Below are positions 1-13,175 of a stretch of 64,000 nt of DNA, piece after piece. The stretch is taken from positions 127,224,001-127,288,000 of the forward strand of contig OX597816.1 in the NCBI GenBank assembly GCA_951406725.2, in the 5' to 3' direction. A program made the translations under genes and the position numbers. This stretch comes from Octopus vulgaris. Lineage: Eukaryota. Numbering within the stretch: the stretch's first letter is position 1; each line of letters opens with the position of its first letter. The notes beneath the pieces were generated by a model. It saw nothing but the letters and a program-made list of their open reading frames with translations, made no database searches and was not told the DNA's origin.

Positions 1-432
1 TACTATTGCATACAACCTTGAGAAGATACAGGATTGATCATATTTAATATCAACCTGGGATGACAAATTCACTTTTTCCTAGGCATAGTGGAAAATTGTT
101 TTAGTGCTGCATTTCCTTCATATCTCTATCAAGTCAATTAGCATTAAAACTTCTTGTCAGTCAATCAGAATATTGTAAATTGAGTTGTGTCTTACCCAAT
201 ACAGTATCTATAATAAGGTTTCAAGTCCTAACTATGAAGTTAAAGTTCTAGTAGGTTATCCCATGGGATCTAATTATAGTTCTATTAAAGGAAAATAATA
301 CATTTTATTTTAAAGGAATTGTTAATAGATGTCTCCTTACATGCAATTAGTTATTATATGGTAAAAGACCATGATTTGTTATTTCTTAATATGAAAATTA
401 ATTTTATTTGCTGAAATTAATTGTGATCCATT

Positions 433-655
433 TCTTTTATTTTATTTTACTTGTTTCAGTCATTTGACTGCAGCTATGCTGGAGCACTGCCTTTAGTCGA
501 ATCATATCGGCCCCAGGCCTTATTCTTTGTAAGCCTAGTACTTATTCTATCGGTTTCTTTTGCCAAACCACAAAGTTACAGGGACCTAAACACACCAGCA
601 TCGGTTGTCAAGCGATGTTGGGGGACAAACACAGATACACAACATATACACACAA

Positions 656-698
<43 letters not shown>

Positions 699-870
699 CA
701 CATATATACGATGGGATTATTTCAGTTTCTGTCTACCAAATCCACTCACAAGGCTTTGGTCAGCCCAAAGCTATAGTAGAAGACATTTGCCCAAGGTGGC
801 ATGCAGTGGGACTGAACCCAGAACCATGTGGTGGTAAGCAAGCTACATACCACACAGCCACTCCTGTGCC
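433..870 (-). mobile_element. tRNA-derived SINE, family A, full length, with internal (CA)n/(TA)n
   Basis: Minus strand starts GGCACAGGAGTGGCTGTGTGGTA (A box) ... GGTTCAGTCCC (B-box-like). Near-identical copy at 26377-26800 and partial copies elsewhere in the window. A-rich tail. Confidence 0.9.
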
Positions 871-1029
871 ATTGTGTAATTTTTTAAGCTCTCTCATCAA
901 AAATTCCTGTAAAGGAACATTGACTTACAAATATTTCTATTAATTATGAGTCAATAGAAATAAATAAAGTTCTAAACAGATAAAAACAAAAATTGATGAA
1001 ATAATGTTATCTAATCATTTTTTCCTGGT

Positions 1030-1470
1030 AATGTTTCCCAGTAACCTAAGTAAGATTCATTGTGTCAGTATCTCTAAAGAAGAAGCTTCTGTCTACGACA
1101 ATTCATGGGGTGCACTTCAAGACACTATAGTGTTTCAAAGTCCACATACACTAGTTATGAACACATGTCACTTTAAGGGAGATGTTTCTAATAATGAATA
1201 ACAACAGTGGTTAGATATTCATATTTGAATCTGTCAGAATGTAACTTGAATGAATAGATATGTTATTGCTTGGATCCTTGCTGTTTTTTGTGCATCCCAT
1301 TAATCGTTATCTATTTGGCAGACATCTGCACAAACCAACAAATAGTTTGTTGATTCCAGTAAAAACGAGCTCATGCTCTTGTGAGATTCATCATTTCAAG
1401 GTAAATTTGATTGAAGAGGTGCACAACACAGTTGAAATACCATGGTCTTTTGAAGTCTCCTTACACTGAT
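1030..1470 (-). mobile_element. Possible highly decayed gypsy LTR-retrotransposon integrase relic
   Basis: Minus-strand frames with stops and frameshifts give RA*ARFYW, YEYLTTVVIHY and APHELS*T. These resemble, in the right order, the integrase motifs RAR..vYWP, YLvvVDyYS and G.P.elssDgG. Confidence 0.3.
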
Positions 1471-3179
1471 GAACCTTGTGAGTTATGAATCCTCATCACT
1501 TCAAGGCCATAGTTATATTATTCTTATGTCTGTGCTTAATGTTAAATTATATTCCTCGCTTGTTTTGCTTGTTGATATTTTGCAGTAATTATAACTGTAG
1601 GTATATCTATATTAAATTTGAGACTAATTAAGTAAGTTTCCTGTCACTTAATAATCATTTTTTGATGTAAAATCTTTAAACAATTATAAAGTAACAGAAG
1701 TGTAACTATATATAACTTCTTGTATTATTCTACATTCTTAACACATTTCTTCATCATAAATCTTTGGTATGCATAAGATATTTCACAATATCAAATTATC
1801 AACCAGTATGTCCAGATGCACATTTTACTTGATAGAAGTTGTAAAATAAAAATCATTTCATGTATTGAGGATTAAAATAGCGATTTTTAAATTATTATTT
1901 TCAAAATGTGTAAAGAGAAAAGCAACTTCAATTTTCAGTGTAGACTGTCTTTTTATTTCCAGTTTTTATTGCAGTTAATTTAGCAACTGCCTCATCTATT
2001 AAACAACTAGTTGCTAGTTCTCTTTACTGTATAATTTTTATTTTATCTTATTTACTAATTTTTTTTGCCATATTGATTAGCCAATAAACTATTTCAAAAT
2101 GATCTTCAATATTTCTTAATTTCATTTAGTTGGACTATTTAGATTTCTTCCCACTCACTTATTCTTGCTAACTTGTTTGACCCACAATTCAAGTACTTTG
2201 AAACAGAATATTTTCTTCATATGAATATTTTCAGCAATGCATCTGAAAAAAAAAATGGTAAGTGTCTAAACTAATAAGAACATTAAAAGTTTATTTTTCT
2301 GCATGAAAAGTGGGTTTCAATAATTTCATACGAATTCTTTTTTCATCCATAAGCATCTGGAGCACATAGTATGTGACTATAATTATAGTTTAGGAATTCT
2401 GAATAGAAACTAATTTATATCTGAATTTTTCTTTAATATATTCTTATAACCTATCTCAATCTTTTATGCAAAAGATTGGAAATATGTACATGAATGCATT
2501 ATTTATAAGAAAGCTTCAGCAGAGCATTATGAATAAATTCACTACTGGAGTGTTTTAAATTTTCTTTGAGTTACAAATAAAAAAGAAAATTAATGATTTA
2601 TTATAATTTATTTTACTCACAAGAACATTCCAAATAAAGATTAAATCTGATTATGGGGATATCTTACAAGCAGAAAACAAGTGAATTACTTAGATTTTTG
2701 TTATATATGAATGTCTGCATCCTTTAGTCATTATGTTGATTTTAAAGCTAAGCTATCTTTAAGAAATAATACATTTTCATTTTTATTTTTATTTTTATCA
2801 AAAGTAGATTCATTCTTTTAGTGGGAAACATAAATTAATCTTTCCATTGTATTTATTTGTATATAATTTCTATTTTTCTTTTTTTTTTAGGGAAAAATAA
2901 ATTTTATCAATAATTTTTAGTACTTAAGATCATATAATAATATGAAAAGTATTAGCAATATTAGAATTGTTAAGTATATAATATGTATTTAACTTAGGTA
3001 TTTCAGTATTATCTATAAAATACTATTAAAGATATCTGAAGGCAACCCATTTCAAGTCCTGATTGATTTAGGATGGAAGATTTTTAAACATACTCTTTTC
3101 TTGAATATTTCCTTCTGATACAAACATTGCCAGTAACTAGAATGTTTCAAGTATAACTATTTAAACCTTAGTATTTCTA

Positions 3180-3960
3180 AGGTACACACAGATATAAACC
3201 ATTATTAATAAGTAAAATAAAACACTCCAAGGTGTTGAAAAATGTTGACATTTATCCAGAGACATACCATTCAAATAAGAATAGCTGGATTACAACTGAA
3301 ATTATTAAAGTCCAGAGCACACTGCAGACAACTGTCAAATTCTTCTTATATTGGACAACTGTTGAAACTGAATTTCTAGTTAAGAAAAATGTTTATACAA
3401 TGTATTTACCCCCCAACTACATGTCCCTTATCCAACCTTAAGAAAAAGGACTACTATACTCTTTAAATGAAGAATATCACTAATTTTTCACGAAATATGT
3501 TAAATGCTGCAAATAATGGCAGGTCTGTACTGACATTTCTTAAAGAATTTATCATGAAGGATGTTCTTTAGTTCATTGCTAAAGGATAAGAGAAGGTGAA
3601 AGCATCAACACTAAAGAAAAGCTGGAATAAGTTATGACTTGCCTTGGTGTTTGATAATCTGCTGAAAATGTTGACATCAGTTTCACAAACATTAATTTAT
3701 TAAAAGGGAAATGTGTTTGTGAGTTCCTTGAGTAAACAAAGTGTTACAGGGCCTGTTTCCAAGGATAAAGTAACATAATATTAATGAAGAAAATCTTGTT
3801 AAGTGGATGAATATTAATGATGAAACACTGTTTTGAATGCTTATAAAGAAACATGGGAAGTGATGAAGATAACAATGTTGAAGATAAAACAGCTATAATG
3901 TAAGGATTTCTGCATGTTAGGTTGAGTTGCTGAATGAAGCAATCAAAGAGATAGTGTAAC
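3180..3960 (+). mobile_element. Tigger/pogo (DDE_1, Jerky/TIGD-like) transposase relic
   Basis: ORF 3232-3441 contains YHSNKNSWITTEI and VYTMYLPPNYMSLIQP, matching pogo Y..NkkAWMt..if and FLPPNtTSliQP. Downstream VKASTLKKSWNKL matches V...TL...W.KL. Multiple stops. Confidence 0.75.
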
Positions 3961-4211
3961 ATGCTACCTTTTCCAAACAAGTAGTAGTGAATTTACTTTT
4001 TTGTGTGAAAAATTACACTAGGAAAGATGAAAGCACATGAAATAACTTTGCATATACACACTTGATATTCCACCAAATCCAAGATCAAATGATCAACTTT
4101 AAAATGGACTGTAATCATGATAACATTCAGCTTCCAAACCTTCAAGATTAGCTTTACAGTTTCAACAAAATTCTAATATTTGCCAATTTGAGAAGTGGTG
4201 CTGGAACATTC

Positions 4212-4305
4212 TTGGTTTGAAATTTTGGCACAAGGCAAACAATCTCAGTGGAGGGAGACAACCAGTTAATGGATCCTGTGCTCAACTAGTTCATATTTTA
4301 TTGAA
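4212..4305 (-). mobile_element. SINE family B, 3' fragment
   Basis: GGTTTGAAATTTTGGCACAAGGC matches the ends of copies at 12170, 35940 and 47165. Confidence 0.6.
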
Positions 4306-4472
4306 GCAAAATCAAGCTCAACATAATTTGAACATAAAACATAAAGAACTGAAAGAAATGTCATTAAGCATTTTATCAGTGTCAGACATGATAACGATTC
4401 TGCTAGTTTGCCACCTTAAGCAAACAAAACTATCGAACAAAAATTAAATGTAAATTTATTAATTACTATACA

Positions 4473-4642
4473 GGCACTCCATAGGTTATGACAATGAGGG
4501 TTCCACTTGATCTAGTCAACAGAACAGCCTGCTCATAAAATTAACGTACAAGTGGCTGAACACTCCACAGACATGTGTGCCCTTAACGTAGTTCTCAGCA
4601 TGGGACGGAATGTGACAAGGCTGGCCCTTTGAAATACAGGTA
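4473..4642 (-). mobile_element. SINE family C, 3' part
   Basis: Reverse complement matches the bodies of 9716-9945 and 9959-10182 (TACCTGTATTTCAAAGGGCCAGCCTTGTCACATT...). Confidence 0.75.
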
Positions 4643-7600
4643 TATATAATCAGTTAGTTGAATAAGATATCTGCCTCTTTGACAGCCTTGAGGCATAAGT
4701 CTCTTTTTTCTAGCATGCAATGATTTGTTTCAACAGAAATTAGCAACTGAGAAAAAGATACTACTAGCCTAATATTTTGATTTAAGAAAAGCCCAGGAGG
4801 AGTCTATTTTAACAATGAACAGCATATATTCACCTTTAGCTTTCACAGACTTTTTAATAGTTGTTTTGAATTAATGGATAGTTGTTGCAGCTTCCTTTCT
4901 TTGTGGAAACAAATCACTGATTTAGGATTTTTTTTTCAGAAAACCCAGAGAATAATATTAAGAATTTATCTATACTAATAAGCAAGCAAGCCCATGATAA
5001 TGAATAATGATTGTTTATTAATACAAACATGTCCATTTCTTTATGTGGAGTTAAATGAGAAGGGAGCTAGACAATTCATTATGGTTAAATTGTTAACGTA
5101 GAATTCAGATAGATTCTGTTGAAAATATATTGTTTGCTATTCAGTATTATATGAGTTTTATGAATGTTTTGTGAATTTAGATGAAATTTTTATTCTTTGG
5201 TGTTACCACATAGAGACTTTATGTAAATTGGTATATGTGTTCCAATTTGTTGTATTGAATGAGAATGTTAATATTTTTTGGAAAATGAAGCACTATTTGT
5301 AATTTCAATGCTCAAACATTTACCTCTTGTTACACATTTAAACAGAAACAATAGTTCATCTTCTTCGGATTGATGCTACACATTTGACAAACTAGGTGAT
5401 TGAATCAGGAGCCCTCATTTAAACTTACTCAAAATTTCTATACTTTTGAGCATGAAAAATTAACAATAAATGTGAGGTCAGTCCCAGAACAAAAAAGGAT
5501 CTGGCATGAAATATTTCAAACTGCACTCAACAAAAGATTTACTCAGTGATCGTAAAACTATATATTTTTTGCTTGCAATTCAATTATAATTTTTCGAGTG
5601 CATTTTCTAATTTGAATGATGGTCGGAGGATGTTGCGAAAACATTTCATAAGGGTTTTTCATTGTTGGTTTTGAGAGAACAGGGTGCAAGGCTGGGAAAA
5701 TAGTGTTCACATTGTAAGGTTAGCCTAGGGCACTGATTTCTCTGATGCTGATCCTGTGTCTACCTTGAAAGTGAAAAATATTATTGCTGAAGTTGCTTTA
5801 CTGCACAATAGTGCCTGCTAAGTCAATAGTACCAAATGCTTCATAAGAAGGTATTTTGTTAACTAAGTCATGACACTTGGGTAATTCAGGAATAAACTGA
5901 TTGGAACACTCCGTGTCAATGAGCACCTTCAGAGAGGTTTTTGTGAATAATTTAAGTCAGTAACAAAGCTTTATTTTAATACAAAAGAAGGAGTACAGAC
6001 AAGATTAGTAATATTTGATAACAGTCTATTTAGTAATAACCATTTAAATGGCTCAACACTGTCTCAGTTACATTCAGCATGTTTATAAAGAAGGTACTTT
6101 TCTACTTTTAAAATAAAATGCATCGTTTCATTCAAAATACTTACCTAAATACCTTTTCTGAACAGCATTTTTAAAATTTACAAATATTTAAAGTAAATAT
6201 TAACTATATTAGGCCACTTTAATGTTAAAGTATTTTCTGCTCTCCTTTTCTGGGGGCGTTTCTAAAAATATAAACCCAAGCAACATTTTCCCATAATAAA
6301 TTAACAGTATAGAATGTTGTTCTTAATGAATGTGCAATGAAAAGCTTTTTTATTATTCAGCAATTAATTGCTGTACTTATCCGTAAGTATAATCATTTCA
6401 TCTGCCCATTGGTTCCTCAAATATTGGTTTTCCAGATCAACAAAGATATATAATGTATTTATCCTGCTGATACTTTTCTATTTTATTGGCAAATATATTT
6501 TTGTGTAGTGAACATGTATGTTGTACATGAAGCAAAACATATATTGGTTGTAAATTACATTTAATAATCAATAATAATGTTTAAAAACTGGGCTACATTA
6601 CTGTTCAAGGAGACAAAAGTGCTGGTATACTATATACAAGCATTACGGTTTTTAATCTTTTTAGATGTTGTTGCATATACAAGTATATTGGCACATCTTT
6701 TAATAGCATATTGGTGTGTCTACTTAGAATGTACAAAATGTTATTGATATTTTCTTTTAAAAATTGATAAATTACCAGAACTGCTGTTTTCTACATTTAT
6801 ATAGAAGGAATTCATTTTTGTGTATGTGGACATTTTGATAACTATCTAAACCAAAACCATTCAATCACTTGAGACTGATTAAATGAATATCATGTGAGAC
6901 AAGCTCTGCAAACAATTTTTATTTTTAAATATTTAAAGATACAAATATATAAAAATTATACATATATTGGCATTTAAGGTGTAAATTTATGTTTAACAAC
7001 ATTGCCAATACTTCTGTATCCATAGAAAAATGCAGATAATTTCAATATGCCTTTTTTTTTAATTAAGAAAGCTGCTTCATATTACAAATCGAACATTCAG
7101 ATTGTCAAGTATTGCTGACTTTCTGTCCAATTAACATGCACAAATTCATTTTGTTATATTGATAGAAAATGCTGATTTGGTTAATAATTAAAAGCATCTT
7201 GTGACCAATTGTTTCACTGTCACATTTTCAATAGTTTTGTTGTAAAAGTAAATTCTGCATGGAACTAATAAAATCTTAAACATTTTCATTTAACATCTTA
7301 ATTAAATAAAACAATGACAGTGGTAGCTGCTGCCCCTGTAGTGATAATGAATTACTAGTGTAACAGAACTTACCTCCTACATTCAGGACATATCTGTCTC
7401 AACAATCTGAATTTTGAAATGAATTTTTCTTCTTAATACTTGAAATTACATTTGCTTCCCCATATACTCTCATATATTTTTGTCTTATATAATTCTAAAA
7501 AGTTGCTTGCATTACCAACTATATGTTCTTCACTATATTTGATATTTTGAACATTGTTTCTAGGAAACAAAATTATTAAAAGAAGGCTTTGTATCTTAAT

Positions 7601-8174
7601 CTGTTGAACATTCCACTAATTACTGAGTTGAATTGTACTTCAGCTCACATCGTATTTTCTTTGTTTTCTCTTCTTTTTTTCTTTTTCAAGATAATATTAA
7701 ATTAGTCTTAGCTTCATTAATATTATTTAATATTTTGAAATGCAGACTACAAGAATTAAATTTCTTTATCACAAATTTTACCATATTCTATTATATTTTT
7801 TCTCCTTGAACTATCTTATATAATCTATAATGTATAGTTTTTTATTTTATTCATAGTTTTCTGTATTCTAAAGGGGACACCTTTTGTATTCATTAATTCA
7901 AGAACAATATTTTCTACATTTTAATGTATGCAATATTCAGTATATATTGTCTATAAGACATAAATAATATATTGCATCTCCCACCATAAAAATTATAATT
8001 ATAAATAGATGAATTAACAAGTAAGCAAATAAATAAATCAGATATCATTTTCACAAAAGAAAAATGGAAAACAGAATTAAATCTGAAATCAGCAACAAAC
8101 TCTGCAAGTAAAGTAATTCAGAAAAAAATATTTTAAACAGCTGTCCTCAAGAAGATCTGTCCACAACAGCAGAG

Positions 8175-8395
8175 TTGCTGGTGCCACATCAAAATCACTG
8201 GTGATGGCACCACACAAAAGCTCTCAGTACACTTTGTGGAGTGGTTGGCATTAGGAAGGGCATCCAGCCATAGAAAACATTCCAGAACAGACAATGGAGC
8301 CTAGCACTGCCCCTGGCTTTACCAGCTCCAGTCAAACCATCCAACCTATGCCAGCATGGAAGGCAGACATTAAAAGTTGTTGCTGTTGTTGTTGT

Positions 8396-8438
<43 letters not shown>

Positions 8439-8440
8439 AA
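8175..8440 (+). mobile_element. RTE LINE 3' UTR fragment with (GTT)n(GAT)n tail
   Basis: GGAGTGGTTGGCATTAGGAAGGGCATCCAGCC ... CCAGCATGGAAGGCAGACATTAAA followed by (GAT)n. Same 3' end as the RT-bearing copies at 42398 and 45180. Confidence 0.85.
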
Positions 8441-8889
8441 CAACAGCAGCCAATGGTCGAAAGAATACATTTGAAGACCTATCTACCAAAGATCTGCTGT
8501 ACTTAACATTATGAAGATTTGCCCTGTCTAAAAGCATTACAAATAATAACCATTTATCTTGAAATTTATGCTTGAAAGTTATTAACTGTCTTAATAAATA
8601 GAAACGAAATTAAGAATTTGTTAAATATTCAAAGTTAAAGATACTTTACAACAGTAATAATGCATCTTCAGAAGTGAGTAAGAAAAATAAAGACGACAAA
8701 CAAATAAAATATTCCTTCAGCCTGTATGAACTGACCAACAACTGACAAAGAGATGCAGTAAATAAGTGTCAGGTGCTAGAATGGCTGATACCTTATAGTA
8801 TATATCTAATAGAGAAGTAAATGGAAAATGTTGTAACATCTCTTCCAGGGTTTCAATTCCACATCTGCTGTAAACTGTATAGTTGTGCT

Positions 8890-9218
8890 AGGTAAAGATT
8901 CCCTATGGTTATCAATGGCCATGGAATTACACCTAAAAAGTTACCTTCCAAGGCACAAGTCCAGGCAAGGTTATTTATAGAAACCAGCAGTCACCCACCC
9001 ATGCATTCCAGTCTCCACTCTCCATGCCACCGATGTTATCCAAGGGAAAGGCAAAGGCTGATATAGCTTGGTACCAGTGACATCAGAATTCATTTCTACA
9101 GCTGAGTGAACTGGATCAATGTGAAATAAAGTGTCTTGTTCAAGAACACGACACACAGCCCGGTCTGCGAATCGAACTCAATACCTTATGATTGTGAGCC
9201 CGATGCTCTAACCACTAC
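8890..9218 (-). mobile_element. tRNA-derived SINE, family D
   Basis: Minus strand: AGTGGTTAGAGC (A box), GAGTTCGATTC (B box), then CTTGAACAAGACACTTTATTTCAC (MetaSINE-like central domain shared with family C). Second copy at 28611-28844. Confidence 0.85.
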
Positions 9219-9715
9219 ACTAAAGTGAGGCCTTGATCCCCTGTATTTGTAGATTTAAATTGAATAGCCACAGAAATATATTAGTGACCAATCAACAGGA
9301 GTCTCAGACCACATTGTATTACATATATTTAATGTATAAGATGGAAATAATCATAACATCACTAGTAAAATTCAAATACCACATCTGCTGCAAACTATTA
9401 GTGTTAAACACTGCATCTAAGTGAATCACAAACTTTGACTACCTACATCAGTAGATGTAAATTAAGTAGCTACAGTAACATACTGTAATATATTTTAAAT
9501 GGTTTGTAACTATCATCTGTTTTACCACTTCTATCACAGTCCTTAATCTCTATGTTTAACTTTTTATCTCTCTTCCTGCCCTACATGGAAAGTCTTGCTT
9601 TTTGAGTATCATATTCTCTTTCTTTCTCTACCTCAATTCACTTTCATTCTTATTCTCTCACTCTTTTTCTTACTCCATTATTGTTTATTTCTATATTTCT
9701 TCTGTGTTCTCTCTG

Positions 9716-9945
9716 GTGAAGGCATGTGGCTTTTGACTTACAATTGTAAAGTTGTGAGTTCAATACCTGATGGCATGTTTCCTTGAGCAAGACACTTTAT
9801 TTCATGCTGCTCCTGTCCATTCAGCTGGCAAAAATGAGTAGTACCTGTACATCAAAGGGTCGGCCCTGTCATATTCTGTATCACACTGAATCTCCTTAAC
9901 AACTGCATTGTGGTTATGTATGTTTGTGGAGTGCTATCCACTTGC
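9716..9945 (+). mobile_element. tRNA-derived SINE, family C (first of a tandem pair)
   Basis: GGTGAAGGCATGTGGC head, GAGTTCAAT B box, CCTTGAGCAAGACACTTTATTTCA central domain. Confidence 0.8.
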
Positions 9946-9958
9946 TTGCACATTCTTG

Positions 9959-10182
9959 TGAAGGCATGTGACTTAGTGGTTTGTGTATGTGGCTCATGAT
10001 CATTTAATTTTGAATTCAATTATCAATAGCACGTTGTGTCCTTAACCTAGACACTTTATTTTACATTACTTCTGTCCACTCAGCTGGCAAAAGTGAGTTG
10101 TACTTGTAGTTAAATGGACCAGCCTTGTCACATTTGATATGTCACGCTGAATCTCTCTGAAAACTATATTAAGGGTATGCAT
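9959..10182 (+). mobile_element. tRNA-derived SINE, family C (second of a tandem pair)
   Basis: Same head and body as 9716-9945, independently diverged. Confidence 0.8.
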
Positions 10183-10259
10183 ATTAGTATCACTATACTA
10201 TATAGTATCACTATACACACACACACACACATCATATATACATATACATAATATGCACA

Positions 10260-11140
10260 TATAGGGTATGATGGGTACATTGTCACCATTTTATATTTTT
10301 AATTTCATGCATGCACATTGTTTCATTTTGTTTTTATTGACCACACAGTATAGTAGAATTAGTTGGGCACTGTCTTTGAGAAAAACAGCACCTGACACAC
10401 TTCACCCTGCATAAATTTGGAAATGACATGCTGTACTACTTGGCATTTGCTCTGGAAGCTCTAATGCAAACATTCAGAGTGTTTAGATGTCAATCTGAGG
10501 ACAGTGCAATCTAAGGACATGTACTGAGAGTGATAAAAATCAAACATCCAGTCAACATCATGGTGTTTGGAGTGATCACTAGTGATGGTGACATTATGCC
10601 TCCATTCAATTTCCCACACAACCTCACACTCAACATGGATGTCTACATTAAGTGCCTGGAGGAGGTAGTGCTATCCTGGGTCAAGAGGGTGGCTGCTGGA
10701 AGACCCTGTGCCTAGCAACAGGATTCTGCACTATGCCTCACAAGCAGGAGAACCCATGGCTGTCAGACAATTTCTGTGACCACATCGCCCTAACGTCTGA
10801 CCACCTAACTCTCCAGACTGCAACCCCTTGATTATTATGTGTGGGGAGCAGTTGAGTGAGAGACCAACAAAACTCCTTGTAACACCAAATATGAACTGAA
10901 GACAAGGATTATGGCATTCACCAACTTAAACAAGAAGACCGTCCAGAAGAGCTGCAGAAGATTTCGAAGTCATCTGGAGGTTGTGATTGAAGCCAATGGC
11001 GATTTTATTGAATAAATTTACTCTTTAGCATTTCAAGATACTTTTATGTAATTTTGGTAAATATATCTATTAAAATGAGATGTCAGTGTTATTTTCCTTT
11101 TTGCATAATTTTGACAACAATTTATTCACAGAACCCTGTA
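10260..11140 (+). mobile_element. Tc1/mariner DD37D (maT-like) DNA transposon, internally deleted and decayed
   Basis: Imperfect TIRs (left TATAGGGTATGATGGGTACATTGTC; right end GACAACAATTTATTCACAGAACCCTGTA). Transposase pieces across frameshifts: KHPVNIMVFGVITSDG, QQDSA, PPNSPDCNP, DYYVWGAVE, EANGDFIE*. Confidence 0.85.
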
Positions 11141-11238
11141 TATATAGTGTATGTGTAATAAACATACATATAGTGTATGTGTAATAAACATACATACAGT
11201 ATATGTGTATAATATACACACTTATATATATATGTATA

Positions 11239-11274
<36 letters not shown>

Positions 11275-12169
11275 AACTCATTTATTGGATGTTGTCTTTA
11301 ATCTATTTTTTTTATGCCTCTGTTATTAAAATAAAGAAAGCATTCAGTATCCTGCAGTGATGTCATCCAGAATTGCTATGGCTAAGGTGGATACAGAACT
11401 AATAGCATATAAACTAGGGCTCATCATAACTCTTCACATAATTTCCTTTACAGTTCCAGTGGTTTTCCTCTGAGTCCTCTGACGTTCTAATGTTATCAGA
11501 ATGACTTTATTTCCATGGCTGGCTTACTTCCTAACACTCAGTTCTATACTCACATTCCAAATTATTTTGATAATTAACAAATATTAGAAATATAAGATAA
11601 TATATGTTCAGTGATATTTTTAAGTAAAACAACACTGTTTTCACATTAATTTAATCCACTGTTCCTATCCAGAAGTAAGATATATGTCACTTTCACACTT
11701 AATTTACAAAATATACTACTGATGTTGACTACCTATCAATAGCACCATGCAGTAGATACAAGACTGCTATACATGTTCTGAAAAACAATTTCCTTCCATA
11801 TATGAAATTTTCAAAAGAAATGTCCAGCGTTCTATTTAGCCAAATTGCCCTCTACTCTGGTACTAATGACAACTAAGTGCCTTAAGTTAGTGGAAAAACT
11901 GAAGTAAACAAATGATAAAGGGTTAAAAGGAAATGAAAGAAAATTTGTTGCTCTCTTTAGAAAATACGTGACTGAATAATTCCCTTTGGGGATATATCAA
12001 AGCAAAACTTGGAATAAAGCAGAAGTTAGAGTAGATATAAGTACAAACTGAAGAATATTTTAATTAAACAGTTGATCAACATTTTAGTTTTTATAGATTC
12101 TAATCCACTCATGCCAACTGTTAAAATAAAGAGTTATATTTCTTAAATATAATTATATCAGATATTAGT

Positions 12170-12385
12170 ATTGGTTTCAAATTTTGGCCCAAGGCCAGCA
12201 ATTTCAGGGAGTGGGTAAATCGGTTACATCAACTCAAGTATTCAACTGATACTTATTTTATCTACCCATAAAGGATGAAAGGCAAAGTCAACATCAGCGG
12301 ATTTTGAACTCAGAATATAAAGACAGGCAAAATGCCACTAAATGTTTTGCCTGGGATGTTAAAGATTTTGCCAGCTCACCACCTG
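12170..12385 (-). mobile_element. tRNA-derived SINE, family B (CORE-like)
   Basis: Minus strand: AGGTGGTGAGCTGGCAAAATC head, GAGTTCAAA B box, GACTTTGCCTTTCATCCTTT core. Multiple copies in the window. Confidence 0.85.
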
Positions 12386-12689
12386 ATATCAGATGTTAAT
12401 ATTAACTTGTAATCTGATTGCGAATATCTGATATTCAAATAAAATTTCTGTTTCATATGCCAAGAAATTATAATTAGAGATGGAAGGAAAGAAAATATTT
12501 CAAATTAATAGTTAATGAACTTCTAACTTTTGGCCTAATATTCTCATATGTTTTAAATACAATTCTGCTATTGTTCTAACAACTTTGATTTTAGGATATC
12601 CAGTATGTATTCACCCTCAAATAATTTCAATGATAAATAGTCTTCATCTGTTGGATGCAAGTGGAAAGAATTACATAACCAACAGCTTT

Positions 12690-13175
12690 TTCTAATAAAT
12701 ATTATTCATTTGCAACAGTTTAACCACAAAATGATAGAAAAATCTTTTGAGAGACACTATTAATTCACCATTAAATCCATGGTAACTAAAACAAACTTCT
12801 ATACTTGCGAGGAAAATTGTCCAAATTATAATGGTCAGCAATTTTGATGACCTTCTTTCAATGCTCTCACCCTCAATCCTAGTTTGAACGTCTAGTGCTT
12901 CAGTTTTCATGACCTTAGTTTAAAATATTGATGCTTCCCTTTGTTTCACACAGAGGTGTTAAATTGTACCATTTTTCCTATAGTCATTAAAGAGTAATAT
13001 AGCAGATTCTAATAATTTACAGAATGATAAAAATTTTCTTTTATGTGCGTTAAAGCAATTTTTACGTGCCAGAATTAGTGATGTATAAATGAAAAGTAAA
13101 TTATCAATATCAAGCAGATTTATGTCCTCTTTCATACAGTCAAGATTTTTACAAGCCTTAGGTCTAGCTTTCACT
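12690..13175 (-). mobile_element. Possible hAT transposase relic (ZMYM1-like hAT region)
   Basis: ORFs 12959-13174 and 12692-12910 give LLESAILLFNDYRKNG and TIFLASIEVCF, resembling the l...l..yRnnG and iD...ssl..RF regions of hAT transposases. Confidence 0.35.

Noticed and set aside
451-943. ORFs of 128 and 112 aa, and similar ORFs at 23663, 25587-25870, 32645, 51298-51718, 52405-52785 and 60825
   Set aside because: They are translations of SINEs and (TA)n/(CA)n microsatellites, giving YIYI, HTHT and VCVC runs.
2235-2257. Plus-strand 23-nt microexon (TTTCAG...GTAAGT), and a similar 22-nt one at 6361-6382
   Set aside because: Frame-shifting lengths with no supporting context. The 2235 site overlaps a better minus-strand candidate.
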